NCBI GenBank assembly: GCA_964016885.1 | Contig: OZ024740.1 | Span: forward strand, 159,836,001 to 159,900,000 | Length of the DNA: 64,000 nucleotides | From: Eledone cirrhosa | Lineage: Eukaryota | Reading direction: 5' to 3' | Shown: positions 26,937-40,623 of the stretch, one piece after another | Layout: each line of letters opens with the position of its first letter | Numbering within the stretch: position 1 is the first letter of the stretch | Notes under the pieces: generated by a model | Seen by the model: only the letters and a program-made list of their open reading frames with translations | Database searches by the model: none | What the model was told of the DNA's origin: nothing | Translations under genes and position numbers: made by a program

Positions 26937-29900
26937 GTTGATGTATTGGGGTGTTTATCTGTGGAGGTTATGTTGTAACGCATTGAAGATAATTAGGTTC
27001 AAGCAGTTAAATGCAGTCCAGAATCTTTCTCAATATTCGGGTTATTCCCAGTAGGCATGTCTTTTGGAGTGGTTCAATCCCTAATGCAAAGTCTATTTTC
27101 GAAAATTAGTTTTCAAGTTTCTTTGTCACCATGCCGAGCGCACCAATGACCACTGGGACAATGGCCACTATGCATTTCAAGATCTCATATTTTTAGTCCC
27201 CTCTTTTCGTTCAATTCTGATGCCAAAAGGATATGCTGCAACTATGAAAATGCAGTTTCTTTCCCTCTCAATTACAACAATACCTCATTTATTGTGTTCA
27301 ATCTTCATCTCGTTCTGAATTGAGAATTACCATATGAGCTTTATCTTACCGTTCTCGCGTACTCTCATTTCATTTGTGACACCATGTTCATATCTTTTCT
27401 TCTGTACATGGAAAACCCATACATTTTATACAAGCTCCTCTGCATCACCATGTAGCCACCCTATCATGTCACCCTTTTTCATAAATATCCTGAGATAATT
27501 GCTTATACACTGAAACTATATGGGCAAATGTCTCTGCCTTCTTCATCAGATTCTGCATTCAGCTTGAACATCTTTCTTGTCTATATTTTTCATCATCCAC
27601 CTTGTTCTTATGGCTTGTTTTTGCACTACAAATAAAAATCCTTCCGTTTCTTTCTTAATGTAGCTTTTCCGTAACCACAACCAAGTATTTTTTTTATCAC
27701 ACGCGTTTCTTGTTTCCTTAAAAAATACTAAATGCAAGGGCGTTTCATCAAATGCTCTTTTTACGCTCTTCAGCAACCTTAGTCATTGTGTGTTTTGGGG
27801 GTCTCCATTTTTCTTAAATATGCCTTCCCTGACAACCTCAAAAAGAAGCTAATACCATTTTCTACTATTTTGACAGCATCCTATACAATCAGCAACCCCC
27901 TACCTCCCTCCTTTTTTCCCAATACAGCCAGCTTGTGGGTGCATACTTCGATAGATAGTGAGCATTTCCTTGTTTTCCGAATATATTCCCTTTTGTCCAT
28001 TCTACTATATCTGCCCCATGCCTAATTAATGAAATCTCCGAAAGTAATCCTTTGCTGACAAATTCTTTCATTGTTTTGCTTTAACACACCTAACTATATA
28101 CTTCGTCTGTTTTCAGTGATTTGAATTTTTCATCGTTTGTAGTTCGATTCCATCACCCCACACCAGCCTCTCCCGCTTCTTTATCAGTGCACACTTTCAA
28201 ATGCCAACTCAATCCCAATATCTTTGGAAATGATTCTGTTTGCACTAAGTTATCTGGCTCTTCTATATTACGACTCTGTAGTTTTAAATCATCCATAAAC
28301 AGTACATGATTAAAGTTGCTCCTATCTTTCCCTAGATTATCCAATAGGCACACGTTTTAGAACAACTGACAGTGGTATCATTGCAACAACAAACAAAATT
28401 GGTGATGAACTGTCTTTTTGGAAGATGTCCCACTTTATATTCACTTCGTCTAACTTTTCTCCTGCTGATGCTAATCCTACTTTCTATTTAGCCATTGATT
28501 TTTCTATAAGGATACCTTAACATATCTAGTGAAGAATCCAAGAATGCGACATCATGTCATATGCCTTCGTATAGTGACTATAATATAGTCAATCCAAACA
28601 AGGGACAGATTGGCGAACTTCTTTTTGCAGTTCTTCAGTACCATTTTATTAACCGTCAGCTGGTCTTTCGTTCCTCTGCTATTACGCCTACACCCCATCT
28701 GTTCACCAGGAAGCAGGTGTGTATACATTTCATCAACTAATATTCCTGTTAGGAGCTTCCTCATCGAAGGAAACCGTAATTGGTCTGATATTTGAAACTT
28801 CGTTACACTTACTCTCATTTTTCAGTATCAAATATGTGCACGTATTTGTCATCCATTCTAGTGTTTCTCTAGAACTTAAGACTTCATCTAACAGTGTAGT
28901 TATTACTCCATGTAAGTTGCTGAGTTTTTTTAATCAGTATCTATTTACATGATCTGGAGCACTCACTTTCCTTTTTTGCATCTTTCACAACTCGGTTTTC
29001 ACCATCTCTTGTTATTTTGATAGTTTTATGCTTCTGTACACCTGTTACCTGTTTCCCAAACTTCTTTATCCAATCTATCTTATCGTTATGTTGAACAGAT
29101 TTGTTCCATATGTTATTCCAAAAAGCGATAACGTCTTCTGCATCTGGTCTTACATCATTATTATTTTCGATTCTTTCCCTGTTTCCCAAACAGTCTTTTT
29201 TTTTTCTTTGATTTGAGAGAGTCCATCTTCATATTTTGGTTACTTCTTTCTTCGTATTTCTTTCATTTTTCAGTTTTGCATTTATTCCTTGCTTCACATC
29301 CTCCACCACTGCATCAATTACCTTATTCTTTACATGATATTGCTTTTCCAGTACTTCATTTTTCTATTCGTTCTGTAACCTTCCATTTTCCATTCCTCCA
29401 AATTGCTTAGATTTTTCCTCACTTCTGTAACACTGTCCTCAGTCCTTCTCATCCACAATGACTGCCTGTTAGTCCCTTTTTCGTGTTTTAATTCGCAGCA
29501 AGTCAGCTATACCATTTGCCCCAGTAAGTACTAGGGGGCTTGTATCACTAATGTTTTCTGCTTGTATTGTGACTATGACATCGTTGACAAGCTTAATGTT
29601 CTTTCTATCATCAGCTCTCAGGTTAATTACTTCAAGTTCACCAGTTTAGTCTTTAGGTTTGTTTGTTGTTCATCACTAATTTCGTTGCTAATTTTAACCT
29701 GCCAACTTTCCTTTAACAAAATTCAAAACATTTTCTGCCGAATTTCCTTCAACCACTCTTTTAACTGAATCGCGCTAGTTTTGTTCTTCATTCTCTGTTT
29801 CAAGATGTCTTCCCCTATTCTCTGTAATTTTTCTGTTGCCCTCAGTTTTTTCAATCATTCTTTTAATCTTCCGTATTTCTACATGCGAAAGCCAGCTTCT

Positions 29901-30390
29901 TTCTCGCTTGCATCTTGCCTGGCTAATTAGCTGTGCTTCAGTTGCATAGAACACCCCTAGCTTCTTCCAGATAGAACATTCTTTTTCTTGTATCCCTTTA
30001 TTCCATTATAATCTTATTGAACTGTTTCGCCATTTAACTTTCTTCACTCCAACAGTCTTTTGAAGACGACCGAGCCCACTCTGCTGAGCAATGAAACACC
30101 TGCCAGGTGAGAGTCTCCCATCTAGAGAAAACTATATCTCACGCCTGGTCTCAAACAGGTGTTTATGAGGTTTTGCTTGGTTTCACATCAGACATTGCAT
30201 CTCTTATATGACTTCCGTAACAACTCGAGGTCCTTCACAACCAATGAACTTAATGCCCGTTCTGATACCAACTAGGGTGACATCTGAGGTTCTGCACACA
30301 GATAGGTTATCCCATCTTCCCCGGTTTTGAAATCAGAGCGATCCTTCTTCTAGACAGACATCTACACAAGGTTGACGAATTCTGTCTACA
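26937..30390 (-). mobile_element. Decayed RLE-type non-LTR retrotransposon (R4/Dong-like)
   Basis: EQMGCRRNSRGTKDQL...VWIDY, HVLFMDDLKL, ETEGFLFVVQKQAIRTR...CRI, HDRVA and C-terminal LQKTCLLG; many stops. Confidence 0.85.
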
Positions 30391-30824
30391 CATATACATG
30401 CATACAATCTACACATATACACACATAATCATATACACAAAACTATTATGTACACATACACAAACTTACATTCACACATACATACTCACATATGGACATA
30501 TACATACACTCATACGCATATGCAAACATACGTACATGCACCTATATATGTATCTACCGTTTCGCTCTGTATACATACACAAGTATACAGTTACAGTATA
30601 TAACGATACGTCCAGTTTTTAAATATTGTTTGTTCAGTAGTTTTTCAACAACGGTACATCCAGTGTTGAAACAACGTTTGTTCATTAACTCCATTGTTTT
30701 CAAAGTGACAGTAAATAATGCTACAATCCACCAATGAAATAACGTTTCTTTAAAACATTTATATCTCTTTGAAATAAACGTTTCTTTCACTTCTTCTATA
30801 CAACGGAACATCCGAAATAACATT

Positions 30825-31630
30825 TGTTTTGCCTTACATTCTTACGGGGTCGATAAAATAAAGCACCAGTGATGCACTGGTGTATTTGCTGGCCTTGTGC
30901 CAAAAGTAGAAACGATTATTATGGAGTTACGGACCTTTATGATCTGCGTTCAAATCCCGCCGAAGTAACTTTGCTTTTCATCCTTACGGGGGTCGATAAA
31001 ATAAAGTACCAGTAATATACTGGGTTATTTGCTGGACATGTGCCAAAAGTAGAAACAATTACTAGTGGATTGGCAGTATCGGTAGAGCGTCAGACACCAT
31101 GCTTTTCAGCTCAGATGTATTGCCCTTTACGTTCTGAGTTCAAATCCCGCCGAAGTTGACTTTTCTTCTCATCATTACGGGGTCGATAAAATAAAGCACC
31201 AGTATTGCACTGAGGTCGATTTAATCGACCCCCCCCCCCCCCCACACACACACATTTCTTGTGCCTTTAGTAGAAATCATTATTATTGGCAGTATCGGTA
31301 GAGGGTTGGACGCCATGCTTTCTAGCATAGAGTTACGTCCCTTTATGATCTGAGTTCAAATCCCGCCGAGGTTAACTTTGCCTTTCATCCCTACGGGGTC
31401 GATAAGATAAAGTACCAGTAATGTGCTGGGTAATTGCTGGCCTTGTGCCTAAAGTAGATACAATTATTATTAATATATAGATCGGTGCATTGGCAGTATC
31501 GATAGAGCGTCGGGCAATATTCTTTGTGGCATATAGTTACATCCCTTTATGTTCTGAGTTCAAATCCCGTTAGCTTTGCCTTTTGCAAATCGACATTCCC
31601 CTCCCAACAAAATTGTTGGCCTTGGATATA
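30825..31630 (+). mobile_element. Tandem/nested cluster of about 5 SINE family A copies
   Basis: Repeated GTTCAAATCCCG and GGGGTCGATAAAATAAAG motifs, all head-to-tail. Confidence 0.9.
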
Positions 31631-32491
31631 TAAGGCATCTCACCTTCAAACACTCTCACGATCCAGATGGGTAGATCCTGGTTTTTAATATCCATCCCAC
31701 TTACACACAAAGATAGAGCCCCCCCCCCCCCCGAGCACACAAGTCCCTTGCCTATAGCATCCCTAGGGAGGTAGAATATTTACATTACTGTAAACATATA
31801 CGTATTGCCCTAATATCACCAGCCGATTAGATAGCTACAATACATACACAGATCTATTACTCACAGCTTAAGCACAAGGCACAAGTATAAACACCGCCCT
31901 TCCTGTACTGCAGCAACGGCACGCCTGGTATATAGAGTAAATGTGTACTATTATACATACACATACATTAGGTTAGGTCCGTATGTAACCAACACAATAA
32001 AAACTATAGCATTATCATTGTTAATGAAGGATACAAGTTAGCATTCATTACTATTACTTTCTATTAGTAAGGTATTGCGATGGCTTTGGTTTACATAATA
32101 CAAACACACTTTGAGGCATTTCTTATATACAACAGAAATTCATAATATTATAGATTCTTAGCCAACTAACGATAGCACGAGAACCAAAATAACAAAACAA
32201 CTATCTTTAAGATTAATAATAGATTTATTGGTGTTTGAAATAAGTAAATTAGTGAACAATGACCATTTCCTGCACCATAGAGCAATTGATAACAAGAAAG
32301 TTCTACGATGATGGGATACAGTAATAAATTATAAATTCTTAGCCATTTAGCAAATAAACAAATACATAAATACACTACGCTATTTCCTTTGACGTAGATA
32401 CGCCGATATTAAAATTTCTATCGTTATATTTTGCTCTTTTTTAATCCAATGTTGCTCGTTTCGGACGTTCAACTATCTGGCAGGAAGGTAT

Positions 32492-32534
32492 ACGTTGCTG
32501 ACGATAGCTAACAAGCTTGAAACTAGTACAGCGT
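32492..32534 (+). ncRNA. Minimal type I hammerhead in a probable PLE 3' region (about 31630-32650)
   Basis: ACGTTG-CTGACGA-T-AGCT aaca AGCT-T-GAA-ACTAGT-A-CAGCGT. Confidence 0.8.
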
Positions 32535-32705
32535 TCCTTGGTCAGTGTTGAACAAACGAGCAACGGTGGTTGCTAGAAACTGCGGCTTAATACGGGATGT
32601 TTGTTTACAAACACACCGAGCATTATAATAAATGTTTGGTGAATCCATACGTACATATATATATGTGTGCATGTATGTATATATATATATACATACTACT
32701 GTACG

Positions 32706-32751
<46 letters not shown>

Positions 32752-32755
<4 letters not shown>

Positions 32756-33706
32756 AAGTTCAGGTTCAGTGCTCTGTGTGGAGAGACAGAGGAGAGAGAG
32801 ATTGGATGGACTGAGGAGAGTGTGACGAGGAGGAACGGGCACTTCACCAATGCAGTGGCGGAAACAAGTGAAACCCTGGTGCCGAGAAAAAAGAACAAAG
32901 GGAAGCACGTCAGCTCTGCAAACCCAAAAGTGTGTGCTGCCAGAGAACACCTGAAGGCTGCCAAGGACCAATTCTATGCTGATCCTACGGAGGAGAGGAT
33001 GGAGAATGTGGAGGTGATGAGGGAAGAACTCTGTACCGCTTACACTGAAGTCAGAGAGGAGGCACTGATAGAGAAGATCAGAAGTGTAGAGAGAGCGGTT
33101 GGCAGGTCTGGATGATCATCAACGAGATCACAGGGAGGAAGAGAAGGTGTTCGAGTCAGATCCAGGGAACGGGGCCCGAGGATAGGAAGAGGAAATTGCT
33201 AGACCATTTTAGGACCCTACTAGGAGAGCCACCCTCCACAGCCCAGAGCACTGGGGAGATCAAGCGGCTGTTTGAGGAACTGGATATTGAGACAGATCCC
33301 TTCACCAGAGAGGAGCTTCAGAGAGCCAAGAAGAGGATCAAGGAGGGCAAGGCTCATGGAGAAGATGGAGTGGCATCAGAGGTGGTGAAGAGGTGTGATT
33401 TTGATGATATCATCCTGGGGTTCTGTAACCGGGCACTGGAGAAAGGAGTTGCCCCGAATCAGTGGAGGATCAGTAACATCGTCCCAGTGCCAAAGATCTC
33501 TCTAACACCAACAACTACCGGGGGATCTCACTGACGTCACTTGTGGCAAAGGCCCTCAACAGGATGATTCTTAACAGGATCCGGCCTGAGATGGAGAAGA
33601 AGCTCAGGGACAACCAGAACGGCTTCAAAGATTGTGATGCTGAGGAGGATGTTAAAGGGAGCTACAACAAAGTGCCTTCCTGCGGTCATGGTTTTCATTG
33701 ACTTTA
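32752..33706 (+). mobile_element. RTE-type LINE family 2, internal fragment
   Basis: IKEGKAHGEDG, QWRISNIVPVPK, NYRGISL, ILNRIRP, NQNGF and VFIDFS; frameshifted. Confidence 0.85.
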
Positions 33707-35189
33707 GTAATGCATCAGAAATGCATCAGAAATGCATCAGAAACATATGTAATATGTTAATAAATTGTGGCTTGATGCTTTACTTATTCCTCGTTCTTTA
33801 TACTAGTATACTCTGCTCTGTGCGAGCATCGAGTGCTCAACCAGCATACCGCCTACGGACGCATTTACCTGCAACCCTACAGCAACTATATATATATGTA
33901 TATATGTATATATATGTATATATAAACGGAAAAAATGAAACGAAATTTAGTGTGTATATATATATACACACTACTGTACGTCTGTATACATATATGTATG
34001 TGCGTCTACATACTTATATTTAATTAACAGCCGTACTAAGAGTGGGAAATGAAATTTCGTTTCATTTTTTCCGTTTATCGTTTTCGGTGCACCCGGCCGA
34101 TTAACCCACTCGATATGCAAATTAGGCTGCTCAGCCGTTAATATGCATAAGGAAAGTATATGCTTTCATTTGTAAATATATTAAATAATTTTGATATTAT
34201 ATATATTGCATGTATATCAAATGACATAGTGACACATGTCATGACTGAAACACCTTTGTGTTATATCCTAATATAGTGTTTATTGAAATACAAATGAAAT
34301 ATGTTCTTACAGCAGTGTATATACACAAACTAAGGTACAGAGCAGTGAATAAACAGAAAATAATTACATTTCCTTTTTTCCTGTTATGGTTTTACACTGT
34401 ATTTGCAAATCATTCCAGTGTAAAATAATTTCTCAATATTTTGTAAATAATATTGTAATACTTTTGAAAATATATTATAATTTTTAGTTATATTTTTCTA
34501 ACTGTCAGTAAACCACTCAGCTGACTAGTTTAAAGTGACATAAGCACAACAAAACTTTCATGTTTGGTGATACAAGTTTATAAATCACTGAATGATGGTT
34601 GCACTAGTCTCTATAATAGATTTGATGAAACACGTACACACACACATATGTATATATGTTTAACTGAGTACTCTATATTTTCCACTCTTGCATCGGTTAG
34701 GTGTCTGTTGAGGTCACACTAGTATGACTAAGTCCTAATAATATACTTTGGTTTGGCTTGGTTTTTATGGCTTCATGTTCTTCCTAACACCAACCACTTT
34801 ATAGAGTGCACTGTGAGTATTTTACCTCGACATTGGTACTATCACTTTATATGGTGGACTGGGTGCTTTTGTAGTGGAACCAGCACTACTTCATTACAAC
34901 ACTAGTGTGGTGGAGAGGTGAGGCTGGGATATCGGCATTACATTACTGGAGGAGGGGTCATAGTGGTGCCCAACTTCCTTTGGTGGCCAAAAAGGGGCTG
35001 TTTATATTTGATAGGATTTGTTTCCTGTGTGCTCCTAATGTTTGAGCATCAGCTATATACAAACAATCTACATTCTTTGCTTACCTACCTGCAATCCTAC
35101 CATGTCTTTTGTGTACCCAAAGTTTATATTTTATACATATGATGGAATCTTTAACTATCCCTTTCCTACAGAGCAAGGCCATTTCCCAG

Positions 35190-36185
35190 AAGAAAGCAGG
35201 GCCTTGATTTATTTACTAGGAATTATTTCTTTGCTAGAGTGACTCGGAAGCTTTCTGATTCCAGGTTTTGCTCCCATGTCTGGAAGTTCTTCATTAGTTC
35301 TGCTGCAGTTCCAGCTATGAGGACTAGATCATCGTTATATAAGAGTTCTCATAGGCAGCCAGTTTTAAATTCCTTTGTTATAGCCTGAAAGACAATAGGG
35401 GTCTGAGGACAGAGCCCTGATGGACCCTCGCCTGCACACTAAATTTGACACTATATTCATTGTTGACTTTAACATTACTGACTCCACCTTTGTACATGGC
35501 TTGTACCTTCATTACAAGCTATACCTCTATCCCTAATTTCCTTAGAGCCCACCACATTATGGAGCAGAAAATCTTGTCAACATCTTTTTCCAGATCAGCA
35601 AATACTAAGTAGAGTGGCTTACTCTTAAGTAGGTTCTTCTCCTGCAGCTCTTTCACAAAGAAGGCAGCATCTATAGTACCTTTACTCAGCATAAAGCCGA
35701 ACTGCATCTCATCTATATTAATCCTATCCTGAATTAGTTGTACAATAACTTAGTAACTTTTATAACAACTTGATGCCTCTGTAGTTTCCTCTGTCTAGTG
35801 CATCTCTTTTGTTCTTATAGCAATTGACAATGCTGCTGCTATGCAAGTCATTAGATATGATGCTGTCCTATATTATTTGGTTTACCATACATGTAGTTAG
35901 TGAATGCCTCACCAAATCAGATGGTTGCAGTATCCCAGCTACTATCCATGATGAACCTGCTGCTTTGCCTATCTATATATCCTTAATTACCTTACTACAC
36001 TGCTACTAACATGGATAGCTGGTCCCTCTATTGGATATGCTTGAGGCAGGCCATCTTCCTCTCATGCATTCTCCTCATGTAACAATCTCATAATGGCACA
36101 TCCATGTGTATTTCTTCTCAGTGTCAGTGAGGGGAAAGTGTGCCACTATCATTTTGGACACATCTCTCCCCGACATCTTCATAGT
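35190..36185 (-). mobile_element. Decayed RTE family 1 RT fragment
   Basis: MQFGFMLSKGTIDAAF...LVFADLEK...WWALRKLG; aligns by eye to 45850-46770. Confidence 0.85.
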
Positions 36186-36590
36186 GCAAACGTTGCTGGT
36201 TATATCGAATTGGCAGTAGCACTAAGACAGCATGTAAGCTTAATAGAGGTGTATATGAAACAAAACATACACTATATGTAAATACACATTTCCAACCAAT
36301 ATTTTAGATTTTCAATATTCAAATGAGCAAAATTCTGTATAGACTCTAGTTCATTTCCATGTCAAGAGGTGTTGAGGGAGTGGCACTTATGAAAGATAAA
36401 CAAATTTTGAAACAGTGCTGACTGACATTCTCAAAGCATACTGGCAACTCAGAGGAAATATATTTTTTTAATAGTAAGGTCACTCATATGTATGTTTAAA
36501 CATGTTTTCATATACACCTCTATTATGCTTAAATGCTGTCTTACTGCTATAACCAATTATATACATATATAGAGAGATATACATACATAC

Positions 36591-36695
<105 letters not shown>

Positions 36696-37494
36696 CATAC
36701 TCCGATTTGTATGCTTATCTAAATAGTATATTGATTTGATATATACAGATAAACACATTACTCTAGCATGTATGAGGTGTATATAACTTAGTTCTAGAAA
36801 ATTGATAATAAGTAAATAAAAACTATCAAAGATAATAACTATCAACATAACTGTCACATCCAAATAGATAAAACACTAAATTTACACACTTTGGAATATT
36901 AACTGATTAGCAAAACTATATAAAAAGAAGCAATTTGTTAAATGTTACTAAACTAATAAAAAAGACTATATACATTCATTAGATTTCTTGTATCTGCAAG
37001 CATAGATGTGTGTTTATCTGCTGACACATTTCTTCTAATTTCATCAGTTAAAAGATAAAATAATCTTCTCATAAAACATAATATAAGTCTACTAAAACAT
37101 ATTAGTGTTGTAGGTAATTTACTTAATGAACGTGTTCAAATATTTGTATGTCTGTGGAGATAGGACTATGATGAAATCTATACTAAGTTTTGCCAGTGAA
37201 AACATTACACACAAATATTGTTTACAATGGTGTCTGTAACTTTTTATAGCAATTGTTGTCAGTAAAAGTCAAGATGATGATGACTGATTATTTTAACCAT
37301 TTAATGAACTTAAACGTCTTCAACAAAAACAACTGTTTGTTGTTTAGCCCCAGGTTAGTTATAATATAACAAATCTGCTGTCAGCATCTCATCTTTTTCC
37401 TCAGCTCATTGTACCTACAAGCATATTATTAAGAGACAGATTAAAACATTTAGATGTTCTAAGTACTGAAAAAATTATTATAACCCTGTAATCT

Positions 37495-37770
37495 ATATAT
37501 AGTGGAGGTATTAACATCATAATGTTGGACTTAAGATCATAATGTCAGGTGTTTGATTCCTGGGCTGGGTTGTGTTCTTGAGCAAAACACTTCATTTCAT
37601 GTTGCTCCAGTTACACTCAGCTGAAAATGAGTACAGGTAATAGCTGAAGGAGGGGGGGGGTTTAACCCTGTGATAGACTGGTGTCCTGTCTTGGGGGGGA
37701 GTCATGTACTTTCAATCACTTCTTGCCATGGAAACCAGGTAGAGCACTGATCTGATGATTCTCCAGGTTC
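37495..37770 (+). mobile_element. Diverged SINE related to family B head and core
   Basis: TTCTTGAGCAAAACACTTCATTTCATGTTGCTCCAGTTACACTCAGCTG. Confidence 0.65.
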
Positions 37771-40220
37771 AAGACAGACTTCAGATATACTGTATATGAG
37801 ATGTACTCCATCATGCTGTACTGGAAATATATTCTATGGTGCTCCTCTTTAACTGGAGTCGTAGGCATATACATTTTTGGCTTAATGTTTCATTCGGGGC
37901 TAATGTTATCCAATCAAACTGACAGGGCCAAATTTAAACTTTGGAGGGACCAGGGTGTGTCAAGTATAGTGGCCCTTTGTACAAGCATTATAAAGGCATT
38001 TCCCCTATGAAATGTTGGCGTAGCAGGCCCTGTGCTAAGCCCTATTGATTGTATTCTTAGAAGCTACATAGATTAAATTAATGAATTTCTTGTTACTAAC
38101 TTGATGCAGTTCTTGATTATTCTATTCTTTTCAGTCAACATTACATGCAATAATTGTTTACACACATTGGTGTCTGTAAGATTTACACGAATTGTGTTGA
38201 TGACAGTAAAAGTTAAGAATAACATGTCTGATTGTTTTAACCATTGGATGGTAAAGGCTTGCCTGGGTGGTTATGGAATTCACTTTACAAAGAAAAGACT
38301 AGTAGTGAGAAATCCAGACCCCCCCCCCCAAAAAAAAAAACACACTTACACTCTTATATATTAACGTCCTCTACCACATAAAACAGCATTAATAAGGAAC
38401 CCTTGAAAAGTACAAAACAACCCAATGACTGCATAACATTAAACATTAAAAGCTTTAGTTTACTGCACATTTTCACAAGGAGCTGTCCACTTAAGATACT
38501 GTAAACATTTGCATTAACCATCAAATTTTTAGACATATTTTACTAAAACATAACAGGAAGTTAAGAGTCAATTAACAACCCTGTATCTTCAACATTGCTT
38601 TTAACATAATTGACTGCTTCCCGTTAAATATTAAATTCTTTAGTCTAGTACTGAATTTTTTTACAACAATCTGTCCACTAGTAAAGATACTTTAAACATG
38701 TGAATTTTATCATGAAATACTCTGCCTATGATTTTCTTTAAATTTTGAAAATAACCAAACAATTGAATGAGATTTGTAATATAACTAACTTTTATATGAT
38801 TATGGTGGTACTTGAAACATAACTTAACTTAAACATTTCTGTCATATTATTATGATGGAATGTTTAAATTTAAATATGAACACTTTAAAATAAATGGCCT
38901 TCTATCATAGAATCAGGAGCAGTTTCATGTAGGTTGATATCAAAGGAGTTAAGTGACAAAAATAACATGTTTTGTCACATCATTTTTAAACTGAAATATT
39001 ACTCTTGCATTTAACAATATTTTATTGGTTTAGGTAACAACCGGCAAGACTAAAGGTTTTATAGGCAAAAAATCTCTAAATATAAAGAAAAAACAATGAT
39101 CAGAAAAATTCTGAATATAAATTGAGAATATAATCAATAAGGTGAAATGTAACCAAGCAATAAAACAGCAGATATTATAACTACACCAAGCCCACCGACT
39201 GATAGTTTGTTTAAAAACGTTACACTGATGAGAAATAGCTATGGGGTCATAAACTTCAATTGCTTCTGTATTAAAATAAAAATTTCAGTTGTGTAAATCA
39301 AACTTTAAAGCTATTCGATTTACTCTATCAATAAACAGGGGAAACCATAGATTAATTATATTTACAAAAGTATTTTTTAAAAGATTGTTATTGTATCTTA
39401 AATTGGAAATTTGATCTGAGGAAAATAAAAAAATATAATAAAGTAAAGAACGAAATTAATTCGTTTTAAAAGTATTTATTTATACATTTAAACAGAATCA
39501 GATTTTTAAAATACATTTTAGGAGATAGCTTGAACTCACTAGTAATAAATTTCAAAAATTATAATATATAGAATCACATAATTTTGCTAAATCAAATTCT
39601 ATAAATGATTTTGAAACAGTTTCCTGACAAGGTGAACCTACCTTTTGAAATACGAAAGCTAAAGCCATGCTAATATTGACAGAAATATTTCTTTTTTTAA
39701 AAGACCAGTATCAAAGCTATGAGCTAAGAGTAAGTCTTTATGTGGTCACTCTACCTGTAAGAAATAAAAATCAAATCTATTTAAAATCACCTTCAATTTA
39801 ATGTCTTTAAAATTACTAGATAGAGTGTATATGGAAAAAATGTGATAGTCATGATTGGAATGCTTTCGTCATAGTTCTTCATGATTTTGGCAGACTATTA
39901 AATATTATTTTAGCTTCACTAAAAATATACTTTCTTTAAATAATCAAACATTTATCTCTGAAATTGCTAGAAATAACAGCTAAATATTCCTCAAATTATT
40001 ATTTGGTGTTTAAAACAAATCACATTTACACAATATTGTGCATTATCTGTGTAATGTTTACAAATCACCCAATCAACCTGTAGAATACAATAAAAAGCAA
40101 ACTGGCATTTGACTCACAGTTTGGACTGCTTCACCATGAAATACCACCTTACATCATCATTTTATATCTAGTTTTCCATGTCTGGATGGGTCCTTTCTAT
40201 CACAGCCTCCCTACACTCAT

Positions 40221-40403
40221 AATTGTTTCTACTTTTGGCACAAGGCCAGCAATTACCCAGTACATTACTGGTACTTTATTTTATCGACCCCGTAAGGATG
40301 AAAGGCAAAGTGAACCTCTGCAGGATTTGAACTCAGACCGTAAAGGGACGTAACTATGCTGGAAAGCATGGCGTCCAACTCTCTACCAATACTGCCAATC
40401 CAC
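40221..40403 (-). mobile_element. SINE family A with TSD CACTCATAAT
   Basis: TSD at 40214 and 40401. Confidence 0.9.
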
Positions 40404-40435
40404 TCATAATGTTCCTTCATGATCTCTTCTGTGAG

Positions 40436-40623
40436 GGTGGTGGATTGGCAGTGTCGGTAGAGGGTCGGACGCCATGCTTTGCAGCACAGTTACGGCCCTT
40501 TACATTCTGAGTTCAAATCACGCCAAAGTTAACTTTGCCTTTCATCCGTACTAGGTCGATAAAATAAAGTACCAGTAATGTATTGAGTGATTGCTGGCCT
40601 TGTACCAAAAGTAGAAACAATTA
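40436..40623 (+). mobile_element. SINE family A with 15-bp TSD ATCTCTTCTGTGAGG
   Basis: TSD at 40422 and 40623. Confidence 0.9.

Noticed and set aside
30825-31630. CRISPR-like repeat spacing
   Set aside because: The repeats are SINE copies in a eukaryotic context, with no unique spacers or cas genes.
39638-39665. Possible 17-nt micro-exon on minus (ttag...gtaggt)
   Set aside because: Weak polypyrimidine tract; chance level in AT-rich DNA.
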